64,000 bases of DNA, taken from positions 92,681-156,680 of the forward strand of contig JBGSOG010000046.1 in assembly GCA_041739225.1 (NCBI GenBank). Reading direction: 5' to 3'. Of the stretch, positions 9,885 through 19,064 are shown piece after piece (position 1 is the stretch's first letter; every line of letters starts with the position of its first letter). The notes below the pieces were generated by a model. The model ran no database searches. It was not told where the DNA came from and was given only the letters and a program-made list of their open reading frames with translations. Made by a program: the position numbers and the translations under genes. This DNA is from Rhizobiaceae bacterium (GTDB lineage Bacteria; Pseudomonadota; Alphaproteobacteria; Rhizobiales; Rhizobiaceae).

Positions 9885-10336
9885 GGTGATTTGTCATACC
9901 CGCCCGACAGCTCATCCAGCCGCCGGCGGGTGCCTCTTGAAACATCCGGCGGCAGGTCGGGTTGTGCGAAAAAGCGGCACTGTGCGATTTCGAAATTCGG
10001 CTGGAAATCGCGAACGCGCTTCCACAGGGGGCAGCGAAACAGCACGACGTGGTCGCGGTTGCCAAGGCTGCGGTTGAGATAGATGCCGACAAGTTGTGGC
10101 CTGCCGGTCAGGCGCAGTCCGGCCTCTTCATCCAGTTCGCGTTCGACGGCTTCCTCAATCGTCTCACCGGGGTCAACGCCGCCTCCGGGGAAATGCCAGC
10201 CCGGCACATAAGTGTGCCTGAGCAGCAAGAGCGCGCCGGTTTCATCTTCCACCATGGCACGAACGCCAATGGAGAGCGGTGACAAGTGGAGGCCGGCGCG
10301 GTGGCGCAACCAGCGGGCAATTCCGGTCAGCCGCAT
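9875..10336 (-). CDS. NUDIX hydrolase
   Basis: Nudix box GGGVDPGETIEEAVERELDEEAGL. I prefer the internal ATG at 10336 (MRLTGIARW...) because the track start at 10453 would overlap the divergent phosphoesterase gene. The 3' end overlaps the yqjG-like gene by 10 nt (convergent). Confidence 0.75.
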   Translation of the reverse strand: MRLTGIARWLRHRAGLHLSPLSIGVRAMVEDETGALLLLRHTYVPGWHFPGGGVDPGETIEEAVERELDEEAGLRLTGRPQLVGIYLNRSLGNRDHVVLFRCPLWKRVRDFQPNFEIAQCRFFAQPDLPPDVSRGTRRRLDELSGGYDKSPYW

Positions 10337-10404
10337 GGTTTGCCTATGCGCATTTTTTTGTGCCACCTTGCTGCCGGGAGGCGAACCGGTTAATCGCGTT
10401 GCGC

Positions 10405-11307
10405 ATGTTCCGCCTTGCCCACATATCCGACATCCATTTGGGACCGCTGCCACCGGTCAGCCGCCGTGACCTCATGTCAAAGCGGATCACCGGCTATGTC
10501 AACTGGCAGCGCAATCGCGGCAACAGCCAGTCGCCCGATGTGCTGCAAAAATTGCTGGCAGATATCAAGGCCCGAGGCCCGGACCACATTGCCGTGACGG
10601 GTGATCTCATCAATTTGGGCCTTGAGCGCGAGACAATCGACGCCGCTGCATGGTTGCAAACGCTCGGAGACCCAGGTGATGTTTCGGTGGTTTGCGGCAA
10701 CCATGATGCGTATGTGCCGGGCGCACTGGGCCGGGTCCTGAAGGCGTGGGCACCGTTCCTGACCGGTGATGGTTTGGTTGCCACCGGAACAAACGAGTTT
10801 CCCTATGTTCGCCGCCGGGACGGGATATCGATCATCGGCTGCAATTCGGCGCGCGCGACCATGCCGTTTCTGGCGACCGGGTTTTTCAAGAAGCGGCAGG
10901 CAGACAGGCTGGCAGAAATACTTGACGGCGAGCGCAAGCAGGGCCGTTGCCGGGTCGTGCTCATTCACCACTCGCCGATCCGGGCCTCCACCGGTGTGAT
11001 GAAGCGCCTGGTCGGGGCGTCGCTGTTTCGAAAGGTGATCGAGCGGCATGGTGCAGAACTTGTGCTGCACGGACACACCCACAATGCTACTGTTCACCGC
11101 ATACCGGGGCTCCCAAACGGCGTTCCGGTGGTCGGTGTTCCTGCTGCCGGGCAGGCAATGGTGGCAAGGATCAACCGACCGGCGGCCCGCTACAATCTGT
11201 TCAGCATTGCTGAAGGCCCGCGAGGCTGGTCAATTGCCATGAATGAATACGGGATCACCGACGCAGGTTTGTCGGTCAGCCTGATCGCCAAACGGCAATT
11301 GCTGTAA
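10405..11307 (+). CDS. Metallophosphoesterase
   Basis: MFRLAHISDIHLG (DxH motif), VTGDLIN (GD), CGNHD (GNH[DE]) and LHGHTH. The start was moved to the ATG at 10405, which gives the canonical N-terminus. Confidence 0.8.
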   Translation: MFRLAHISDIHLGPLPPVSRRDLMSKRITGYVNWQRNRGNSQSPDVLQKLLADIKARGPDHIAVTGDLINLGLERETIDAAAWLQTLGDPGDVSVVCGNHDAYVPGALGRVLKAWAPFLTGDGLVATGTNEFPYVRRRDGISIIGCNSARATMPFLATGFFKKRQADRLAEILDGERKQGRCRVVLIHHSPIRASTGVMKRLVGASLFRKVIERHGAELVLHGHTHNATVHRIPGLPNGVPVVGVPAAGQAMVARINRPAARYNLFSIAEGPRGWSIAMNEYGITDAGLSVSLIAKRQLL

Positions 11308-11311
11308 AAGC

Positions 11312-11950
11312 TCAAAAGCGCGGCAATTCGCCAAACCACGCCCAGGCAACCATGCCGGCAGCGCCCGCGACCAGACCAAGCGCCAACATGCCGATGTGAC
11401 CCCAGCCGAAGGATTTTTGTTTTACCGGAGGGGTTGCGGTCGTCACAAGCGGTTGCGGAACTGACTCGCTTGCAGCCGCTTCAGCGATGGCTTTTCGGTC
11501 GAAATCCCAGGCTTTCATGGCTTGCCAGTCGCCTTCCACGGCACGTTCGCGCTCCAGAATGCGTTCGGCGACGTAGTCGGTGACTGCGCGGGCCATTTCC
11601 TCCCGCCGTTCGGTCTGGGCCAGCACAGCGCGGCCCAACCTTGTATCCTTGATAAATTCGTAGGTGCGTTTGTCGCGGCCCATGCGCACGAACGAGGTCA
11701 TGTCAATCCAAAGGCGCGGCGTATCACCATTGGTGAGGGCGAATTCGAATTGCTCATTGCCTTCTGGAACTTGTGAAAACACGGGTTGCACATCCTGCGC
11801 CAGCAATTCCAGCCGCGCATGTTGCGCCTGCTTCATGTCCACGACCACGTCGTCGCGATCGGCTTGCGCCCGTTTCATGCGTTCCATCGCTTCCTTGAGA
11901 TCAAGTACGCGGGTCTCGATCTGCTTTGGGTCCAAGTCTTGATCAGCCAT
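11312..11950 (-). CDS. Hypothetical tail-anchored protein (charged, probably helical N-terminal part and one C-terminal TM helix)
   Basis: An AGGAG lies about 8 nt upstream of the ATG at 11950 (MADQDLDPKQIE...). The C-terminal helix is IGMLALGLVAGAAGMVAWAWF. No family recognised. Confidence 0.55.
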   Translation of the reverse strand: MADQDLDPKQIETRVLDLKEAMERMKRAQADRDDVVVDMKQAQHARLELLAQDVQPVFSQVPEGNEQFEFALTNGDTPRLWIDMTSFVRMGRDKRTYEFIKDTRLGRAVLAQTERREEMARAVTDYVAERILERERAVEGDWQAMKAWDFDRKAIAEAAASESVPQPLVTTATPPVKQKSFGWGHIGMLALGLVAGAAGMVAWAWFGELPRF

Positions 11951-12034
11951 GATGTCGTCTCCTGGAATTGCCAAATCCTTGCCAATTCCTTAATGCATTG
12001 GATCACAATTTAACGTTTGTGCTTGCTTTGTTCA

Positions 12035-12526
12035 ATGGCTGATGAATCCCAACCCCTTCCAAGGGCCTGCAGACTGGTCGCGGACGCCGCTTCTGCAGCC
12101 GGACTGGCCATCGACATCCAGTTGATGGGAGCAAGCACCCGGACAGCCGAAGAGGCTGCTGCGGCATGCCAAACCAGCGTCGCGCAAATCGTCAAATCCC
12201 TGGTTTTTCGCGGCAAAGTGAGCGGAAAGCCGATCCTTTTGCTTGTCAGCGGCGTCAATCGGGTGAAGGAGACCCTGATGCAACGCGAAATCGGTGAAAA
12301 GATCGAACGGCCTGATGCAGATTTTGTGCGGGAAGCAACCGGTTTTGCCATCGGTGGCATTCCGCCGCTCGGCCATGCCACGCAGATGCTGGTCTATGTC
12401 GACGAAGATTTGCTGCAATACGATACCGTGTTTGCGGCAGCAGGAACCCCCAATGCGATCTTCGCGGTCAATTCAGCCGCGCTGGTTCAGGCAACCGCCG
12501 GCAAGGTGATTGCGGTTCACGACTGA
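12035..12526 (+). CDS. YbaK/EbsC-type aminoacyl-tRNA deacylase-like protein
   Basis: TAEEAAAACQTSVAQIVKSLVFRGK...PILLLVSGVNRV...GGIPPLGH resembles YbaK/ProX editing-domain proteins. ATG at 12035. Confidence 0.65.
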   Translation: MADESQPLPRACRLVADAASAAGLAIDIQLMGASTRTAEEAAAACQTSVAQIVKSLVFRGKVSGKPILLLVSGVNRVKETLMQREIGEKIERPDADFVREATGFAIGGIPPLGHATQMLVYVDEDLLQYDTVFAAAGTPNAIFAVNSAALVQATAGKVIAVHD

Positions 12527-12984
12527 ACTGGAAACATTCCCGTTTGTCTAAGCGCTTCAGCCAACACGATGGCGCCTGAAAGCGCCATGTTGAGAGATCT
12601 GGCACCCTTTGCCATTGGCACCAGCAGTCTTGCATCGGCTGCGGCATGGACTTGCGCCGGAACGCCACCCGATTCGCGACCCAGCAGGATCAGATCGTCC
12701 GGTTCAAACCGGAATTCAGCATAGGCAGAACTGGCTGTTGTGGTCATCAAGATCAGCCTGCGTCCGGTACTGCGGCGCCAGTTTTCAAAGGCTTCCCAAC
12801 CGGAATGCCGTCTTGTTGCCGCGATTTCCAGATAATCCATCCCGGCGCGGCGCAAGGCTGTGTCATCCATTCGAAATCCTGCGGGGCCTATGATGTTGAT
12901 TACCGTGCCCGTGCATGCGGCCAGCCGCATCAGGGAACCGGTGTTTCCCGGGATGTCAGGCTGGTAAAGTGCCAGTTCCGGCAT
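12517..12984 (-). CDS. trmL: tRNA (cytidine/uridine-2'-O)-methyltransferase TrmL (SpoU family)
   Basis: MPELALYQPDIPGNTGSLMRLAACTG...ARSLNMALSGAIVLAEALRQ. The product is about 155 aa from the internal ATG at 12984, the typical TrmL size. The upstream extension in the track is Arg/Lys-rich and not protein-like. Confidence 0.8.
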   Translation of the reverse strand: MPELALYQPDIPGNTGSLMRLAACTGTVINIIGPAGFRMDDTALRRAGMDYLEIAATRRHSGWEAFENWRRSTGRRLILMTTTASSAYAEFRFEPDDLILLGRESGGVPAQVHAAADARLLVPMAKGARSLNMALSGAIVLAEALRQTGMFPVQS

Positions 12985-13071
12985 GTTTTGAACTTTCCCT
13001 TTCAGCGCAAATTGGCCCAGCCGTTGCAGAACACACCCAAAGCGCCATAAACAAGTGGCGGGAGCCTTACA

Positions 13072-14949
13072 ATGTTTGCTTTTTTTGAAAAACGCATCGA
13101 ACCCTTTCCAGCGGCGGAGCCGACCCGCCCGCCGAGCGGATTGTTTGCGTTTTGCTGGCATTACACGAAAGACGCGTTCCCGTGGCTTTTGTTGATGTCA
13201 GTGCTCTCGGCTTTGATCGCGGCATCTGAAGTCATGGTATTTGGCTTCCTGGGCAGCATTGTCGACTGGCTGTCCACCGCCAACAAGGAGACTTTCCTTG
13301 CGCAGGAAGGCGCGACTTTGCTGTGGATGGGGGCTTTCGTTGTTCTGGTGCTCCCAACACTAGTTTTGCTGCATTCGATGATCATCCACCAGACTTTGCT
13401 CGGCAATTATCCGATGATCGCGCGCTGGCAGATGCACCGCTACTTGCTGCGCCAGTCGATGTCGTTCTTTGCCAACGAGTTTGCCGGACGTGTGGCTACC
13501 AAAGTCATGCAGACCTCGCTTTCGATCCGTGAAACGGTGATGAAGCTGATGGACATTCTCGTTTTCGTCTCAGTCTATTTCGCCAGTGTGCTGGTCATCG
13601 TTTCCGGCTCGGATTGGCGCATGGTGCTGCCGCTGGTGTTCTGGCTGGCGGTTTATGCCGGCCTGATTGCGTGGTTTGTACCAAAGCTGCGGGAAGTTTC
13701 CGAAAGGCAGGCCGACGCACGTTCGTTGATGACCGGCCGGATCGTCGACAGCTATACAAACATCAACACAGTCAAGCTGTTCAGCCATGCTGGACGCGAA
13801 TCCGTCTACGCGCGCGAAAGCATGCAAGGGTTTCTCGATACCGTTCACGGCCAGATGCGGCTGGTGACGATGTTCCACGCGTTCATCTATTTCAACAATT
13901 GTCTTGTGGTGTTTCTGGTGGCCGGCACGGCGATCTGGCTGTGGCTGGGATCGGCGGTCAGCATTGGTGCCATCGCTGTTGCAACCGCACTGGCGCTGCG
14001 CCTCAACGGCATGTCCCAATGGATCATGTGGGAAGTTTCGGCGCTGTTTGAAAACATCGGCATCGTGCATGACGGCATGGGCATGCTGACCATTCCGCAA
14101 TCGGTTACCGACAAGCCGGGGGCAGCGGCAATTTCGGTTGCCAAGGGCGGCATCGAGTTTGACGGGATCAGTTTTCACTACGGCAAGGACAGCGGCGTGA
14201 TCGATGATCTGTCACTGACCATCCAGCAGGGCGAAAAGATCGGCCTTATTGGTCGTTCCGGTGCGGGCAAGACGACGCTCGCAAACCTGCTGCTGCGCTT
14301 TTACGATCTGGAGGGCGGCGTCATCCGGATCGACGGGGTGGACATTGCCGGCATCTCGCAGGACAGCCTGCGCTCGCAGATCGGGGTGGTGACGCAAGAC
14401 ACCTCGTTGCTGCACCGTTCCATTCGCGACAACATTGCATATGGCAGGCCGGACGCGACGGATGCGCAGGTGCTGGAAGCAGCACGCCGGGCCAAGGCAT
14501 TGGATTTCATCGAGAAACTCGAAGACCAGAAGGGGCGCAAGGGGCTGGACGCGCATGTCGGCGAGCGCGGGGTCAAGCTTTCCGGCGGACAGAGGCAGCG
14601 CATTGCCATTGCCCGGGTATTTTTGAAAGACGCGCCGGTTCTGGTGCTCGACGAGGCAACTTCGGCACTGGATTCCGAAGTGGAAGCAGCAATTCAGGAA
14701 AATCTTTTCGAATTGATGGAAGGCAAGACGGTTATTGCGATTGCGCATCGGCTTTCAACCATTGCCGCGCTCGACCGGTTGGTGGTGATGGACAATGGCC
14801 GCATCATCGAGACCGGAACACATGCCGAGCTCTCCACCGGTGGCGGGCTTTACTCCGAACTGTGGGCGCGCCAGTCAGGTGGGTTCATTGACGACGGCCT
14901 GCTTCAGCAATTGAAGGAACAGCAAAAGCTGAAGGACGCGGCGGAGTAG
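13072..14949 (+). CDS. ABC exporter, fused permease/ATPase (half-transporter 1)
   Basis: 625 aa with an N-terminal six-helix TM domain. GRSGAGKTT Walker A, LSGGQRQR signature, VLVLDEATS Walker B, AIAHRLS H-loop. Confidence 0.9.
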   Translation: MFAFFEKRIEPFPAAEPTRPPSGLFAFCWHYTKDAFPWLLLMSVLSALIAASEVMVFGFLGSIVDWLSTANKETFLAQEGATLLWMGAFVVLVLPTLVLLHSMIIHQTLLGNYPMIARWQMHRYLLRQSMSFFANEFAGRVATKVMQTSLSIRETVMKLMDILVFVSVYFASVLVIVSGSDWRMVLPLVFWLAVYAGLIAWFVPKLREVSERQADARSLMTGRIVDSYTNINTVKLFSHAGRESVYARESMQGFLDTVHGQMRLVTMFHAFIYFNNCLVVFLVAGTAIWLWLGSAVSIGAIAVATALALRLNGMSQWIMWEVSALFENIGIVHDGMGMLTIPQSVTDKPGAAAISVAKGGIEFDGISFHYGKDSGVIDDLSLTIQQGEKIGLIGRSGAGKTTLANLLLRFYDLEGGVIRIDGVDIAGISQDSLRSQIGVVTQDTSLLHRSIRDNIAYGRPDATDAQVLEAARRAKALDFIEKLEDQKGRKGLDAHVGERGVKLSGGQRQRIAIARVFLKDAPVLVLDEATSALDSEVEAAIQENLFELMEGKTVIAIAHRLSTIAALDRLVVMDNGRIIETGTHAELSTGGGLYSELWARQSGGFIDDGLLQQLKEQQKLKDAAE

Positions 14950-14950
14950 G

Positions 14951-16840
14951 ATGGCAATCCTTGATCCGGTTTACCGCCTGTTTGAAAGCTGGATTGACCC
15001 GTTCAAGCCACGTGCAAACTATCAGCCGCCAGACAGGCTTGCGGCCTTCATCTGGCACTATGTGGGTCAAGCGCGATGGGCGTTTGCAGCCATGCTGGCG
15101 TACGGCTTTCTCAATGCCATTGTCGAAGCTTCGCTGTTCACCTTTGTCGGGTGCCTGGTCGACATTCTGGGATCGGTGGAAACCTCCGGTGAGCGTCAGG
15201 CTGGCTGGTCGGGTCTGGTGTCGGCCCATGGCTACGAATTGCTGTTCATGCTGGCCATTGTTGCCATCGGGCGCGGCCTCGTCATTGCCTGGGGCGCACT
15301 GATCGAAGAGCAGGTGATTGTGCCGGGCTTCTTCACCATGATGCGCTGGCAAAGCCACAAATATGTCATCCGTCAGTCGCTGGCATTTTTCCAAAATGAT
15401 CTTTCAGGCCGCATCAGCCAGAAAGTGTTCCAGTCGGGGCAGGCGGCTGGCGACATGATGATTTCTGCCTTGCAGATCATCTGGTTCATCGCGGTCTACG
15501 CCTTTACCACCATGGCATTGCTGAGTGCACTCGACTGGCGGCTCGGAATGGTCGTTGCCGTGTGGATGGCCATATTTGTGGTGATTGCCCGCATTTTCGT
15601 GCCGGTTATCCGCCAGCGCGGCAAGGATGTCGCGGAAGCAGGTTCCGGCGTGACCGGAAGGCTGGTGGACGGGTATTCCAACATCGCGACGGTAAAGCTC
15701 AACGCCAGCGCGGCGGTGGAAGAAGGCTTTGTCGACGAGGCCATGCGCAACATGCATGGCCAGTTGAAGCAATTTACACGGGCCTTGTCCGGCGTGCGGA
15801 TCGCGCTTTCATCGGCCAGCGGTCTGGTGATGGGGGTGTTGGGGCTGCTGGCCATCGATCTGTGGCTGAAGAGCCAGATCAGCACCGGAGAAGTCGCCTT
15901 TGCCCTTGCTTTGACATTGCGGCTCAACTTGCTGCTTGGCCGCCTGATGGGCAATCTCAACGGATTTTTCCGCGCGCTGGGAACGACCCAAAACTCGATG
16001 GAGACAATCGCCGTGCCGCTGGGGCTGGTGGACATGCCCGGTGCCCGGCCGTTGCAATTTCGCGCTGGCCAAATCAGCGTTGAAAATCTCGGCTTTCACT
16101 ATGGCGCGGGTGAAAATGTCATCAACAATCTGTCGCTCCAAATTCAGCCGGGCGAGAAGCTCGGGCTTGTCGGGCCATCGGGCGCAGGCAAGACCACGCT
16201 TGTGCATTTGATGCTGCGCTTTTTCGATGCGCAGCAAGGGCGCATTCTGGTTGACGGGCAGGATATCACCACGGTGACACAAGACAGTCTGCGCAATGTG
16301 TTCTCAATGGTGCGGCAGGACACAGTGTTGTTTCACCGGTCGGTCCACGAGAACATCGCCTATGGCTGCCCCGGTGCCACGCGTGAGGCGGTGATCGCCG
16401 CGGCAAAAAAGGCCAAGGCACATGATTTCATCATGGGTCTGGTCGATGGAAAGGGGCGTACCGGCTATGACGCGCGGGTTGGCGAACGCGGGGTGAAGCT
16501 CTCTGGCGGCCAGCGCCAGCGTATCGCCATTGCCCAGGTTTTCCTCAAGAATGCACCGATCCTTATCCTTGACGAGGCGACCAGTCAGCTCGATTCCGAG
16601 ATCGAGGCGGCAATTCAGGAAAACCTGTTTGCGCTCATGGAAGGCAAAACCGTCATTGCCATTGCACACAGGCTGTCGACCATTGCCGCGCTTGACCGAC
16701 TGGTGGTGATCGACAGGGGTGCAATTGTCGAATCGGGCTACCATGAAAGCCTGCTCAGGAAAAACGGCTTGTATGCCACTTTGTGGAACCGGCAATCCGG
16801 CGGTTTTCTCGCTGACCGGCTGCAGCCAGTCCAAGGGTGA
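14951..16840 (+). CDS. ABC exporter, fused permease/ATPase (half-transporter 2)
   Basis: 629 aa, starting 1 nt after the previous stop. GPSGAGKTT, LSGGQRQR, ILILDEATS, AIAHRLS. It probably forms a heterodimer with the upstream gene. Confidence 0.9.
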   Translation: MAILDPVYRLFESWIDPFKPRANYQPPDRLAAFIWHYVGQARWAFAAMLAYGFLNAIVEASLFTFVGCLVDILGSVETSGERQAGWSGLVSAHGYELLFMLAIVAIGRGLVIAWGALIEEQVIVPGFFTMMRWQSHKYVIRQSLAFFQNDLSGRISQKVFQSGQAAGDMMISALQIIWFIAVYAFTTMALLSALDWRLGMVVAVWMAIFVVIARIFVPVIRQRGKDVAEAGSGVTGRLVDGYSNIATVKLNASAAVEEGFVDEAMRNMHGQLKQFTRALSGVRIALSSASGLVMGVLGLLAIDLWLKSQISTGEVAFALALTLRLNLLLGRLMGNLNGFFRALGTTQNSMETIAVPLGLVDMPGARPLQFRAGQISVENLGFHYGAGENVINNLSLQIQPGEKLGLVGPSGAGKTTLVHLMLRFFDAQQGRILVDGQDITTVTQDSLRNVFSMVRQDTVLFHRSVHENIAYGCPGATREAVIAAAKKAKAHDFIMGLVDGKGRTGYDARVGERGVKLSGGQRQRIAIAQVFLKNAPILILDEATSQLDSEIEAAIQENLFALMEGKTVIAIAHRLSTIAALDRLVVIDRGAIVESGYHESLLRKNGLYATLWNRQSGGFLADRLQPVQG

Positions 16841-16958
16841 GCGTATTTCAGGATTTTCGCGTTAACCGGGCCGTTTCGTCTTGCAGATCGGCGTTTTGAG
16901 GCCTACCGGGCAATTCAAAATCCGTGTTGCATGATTTCTTTGCGAAACCGGCGCTGTC

Positions 16959-18158
16959 TTGACCTCCTTTGCCCGATCCCCGTTTGTGTTGTCTGTTGCG
17001 CCCGGCCACGCGCCCTGGGCGTTCGCAACGCTTTTTTTCCTTGAATCGGTGGCGCGAGGATCGCTGGCAACTGTCATTCCGCTGCACGCCTATGCGGTGT
17101 TTGGCGACAAGGGCACGGTCAGCCTCGCCTACACGCTGGTCGCCGGTTTTGCTTTCGTGGTGTCGTTCACCATACCATTGATCATTCGCCGGTTTTCGCG
17201 CCGTTGGAGCTACACCGGCGGCGCATTGTCATTGATGGCGGCGGGTTTGCTGCTGTCTGCCGACAGTGTGCCCAGCCAGCTTGGAGCGATGTTCCTGCGC
17301 ACTTTCGGTGCGGCGATGCTCAACATCACGCTCAGCCTGTATATCATGGATCACATCAGCAAATCGCAACTGGTTCACTCCGAGCCTTTGCGATTTGCGG
17401 TCTCAACCTTTGCCTGGATCCTAGCGCCGCTTTCGGGGGTGTTCTTCTACGAGCGCTTTGGTGTTGGCGCTGCCAGCATTGTCCCTGCAATTGGCGCCAT
17501 CGCACTGATTGCAGTGTTCTGGTATTTGCGCATGGGCGAGAAGGCGCCGCTGTTGCCTGCCATATCGCAGGCACACAATCCCCTGGTGTCAATCCGGCGG
17601 TTTGTGATGCAGCCACGTCTGCAACTGGCCTGGATGATCGCATTCGCCCGATCCGCATTCTGGGTGACCTTCTTTGTCTATGTGCCGATCCTGATGATTG
17701 AGGGCGGCCTTGGCCCATATGCTGGCGGCATTGCGGTTGCAGCAGGCAATGCGATGCTGCTCAACAACCTTTTGGCAACACGGTGGGCCAAGCGCCATTC
17801 GGTGCGCGCAATGATCACGCTGGCGTTGTTGGGGGGCGGCGTCCTCGTGTTTTTTTGCGGACTGGCGGGAGCGTCACAGGCGTTCATTGCCGGCTTGCTG
17901 ATGACCAGCGCGGCGTTTTTCATCGCCATGCTTGACGGGCTGGGGCCCATCCCGTTCCTGCGGGCAGTACGCGCGCGCGAACGGGCGCAAATGACAACTG
18001 TTTACCGCACGTATCTTGACGCATCCGAACTCCTGCCGCCATTTGCCTACTACTTTGCCTTTATGCTGTTCGGTATCTCCGGTGCATTTTACGTACTTGC
18101 GCTGCTGCTGTTCGCGACAGCCTGGCTTTCCTGGACCTATTTGCCGAAGGGCATGTGA
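16959..18158 (+). CDS. MFS-type transporter
   Basis: 399-aa ORF that is hydrophobic throughout, with about 12 TM helices. The TTG start at 16959 is uncertain. Confidence 0.6.
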   Translation: MTSFARSPFVLSVAPGHAPWAFATLFFLESVARGSLATVIPLHAYAVFGDKGTVSLAYTLVAGFAFVVSFTIPLIIRRFSRRWSYTGGALSLMAAGLLLSADSVPSQLGAMFLRTFGAAMLNITLSLYIMDHISKSQLVHSEPLRFAVSTFAWILAPLSGVFFYERFGVGAASIVPAIGAIALIAVFWYLRMGEKAPLLPAISQAHNPLVSIRRFVMQPRLQLAWMIAFARSAFWVTFFVYVPILMIEGGLGPYAGGIAVAAGNAMLLNNLLATRWAKRHSVRAMITLALLGGGVLVFFCGLAGASQAFIAGLLMTSAAFFIAMLDGLGPIPFLRAVRARERAQMTTVYRTYLDASELLPPFAYYFAFMLFGISGAFYVLALLLFATAWLSWTYLPKGM

Positions 18159-18162
18159 AGAC

Positions 18163-19056
18163 ATGGACATCTATGAAATAGCGGCACTTGGCGCAGCGCT
18201 TTGCTGGGCGGTAACCGGCGTCATCACGGCGGGTCCTGCACAGCATCTGGGCGCCTTGGCCTTTACCCGCATTCGCATGAGCATGGTGTTTGTCATGCTG
18301 CTGCTGTTTGTCGGGATCAGCGGCGGATGGCGCAGCATTGGCGCAGGGTCCATCGGGCCACTGGTTGCTTCCGGCATCATCGGCATCTTCATCGGGGATT
18401 CGCTGCTGTTTGCCTCCATGAACCGATTGGGGCCGCGCCGCACTTCCATCCTGTTTTCAATGAATGCGCCGCTGGCGGTTATCCTTGGCTGGCTGGTGCT
18501 GGGTGAAAAACTGGATGCGCTGGAGTTGGTGGGCATTGCACTGGCATTTGCCGGAGTGACGCTGGCCATTGTGTTCGGCAAGCGCAAATCACAACTTCAC
18601 CAGTGGGAAAGCGTCAAGGGACCGCTGTTGGTAGGGGTGGCTTTGGGGCTGGGGGCTGCGGTGGCGCAAGCGGTAGGATCGCTGATTGTGCGGCCAGTCA
18701 TGGAATCGGGCATCGACCCGGCTGCTGGATCGCTGGTTCGCGTTGGCACGTCGGTGGGGTGCTTCTATGCCGCGATGATGTTGCCGGGCGGATATCTCAA
18801 GGTGCAAAAACCGATAACGCTTCAAATTGCGGGCGTCACGGCGTTCTCTGGATTCCTTGCCATGGGTGTCGGGATGACGCTGGTGTTGTTTGGGCTGCGC
18901 GGCGGAGAAGTCGGAATTGTCTCGACCCTCTCGGCCACTACGCCCGCGTTGATTTTGCCACTGTTGTGGCTTAAGACCGGTGAAGCTCCGGCAACCTTTG
19001 CATGGGTTGGAGCAGCACTGGTTGTGGTTGGAAGCGCGTTGATTTTCGCGGGTTGA
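18163..19056 (+). CDS. DMT/EamA-family transporter
   Basis: Start moved to the ATG at 18163 (MDIYEIAALGAALCWAVTG...), 4 nt after the MFS stop. It has ten TM helices in two EamA-like halves. Confidence 0.7.
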   Translation: MDIYEIAALGAALCWAVTGVITAGPAQHLGALAFTRIRMSMVFVMLLLFVGISGGWRSIGAGSIGPLVASGIIGIFIGDSLLFASMNRLGPRRTSILFSMNAPLAVILGWLVLGEKLDALELVGIALAFAGVTLAIVFGKRKSQLHQWESVKGPLLVGVALGLGAAVAQAVGSLIVRPVMESGIDPAAGSLVRVGTSVGCFYAAMMLPGGYLKVQKPITLQIAGVTAFSGFLAMGVGMTLVLFGLRGGEVGIVSTLSATTPALILPLLWLKTGEAPATFAWVGAALVVVGSALIFAG

Positions 19057-19064
19057 ACTGGCAG

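Noticed and set aside
10279-10453. The track starts for the phosphoesterase (10279) and the NUDIX gene (10453) would make the two divergent genes overlap by 175 nt.
   Set aside because: Both N-terminal extensions are Arg/Gly/Cys-rich and not protein-like. The internal ATGs at 10405 and 10336 give canonical N-termini and a 68-nt divergent promoter region.
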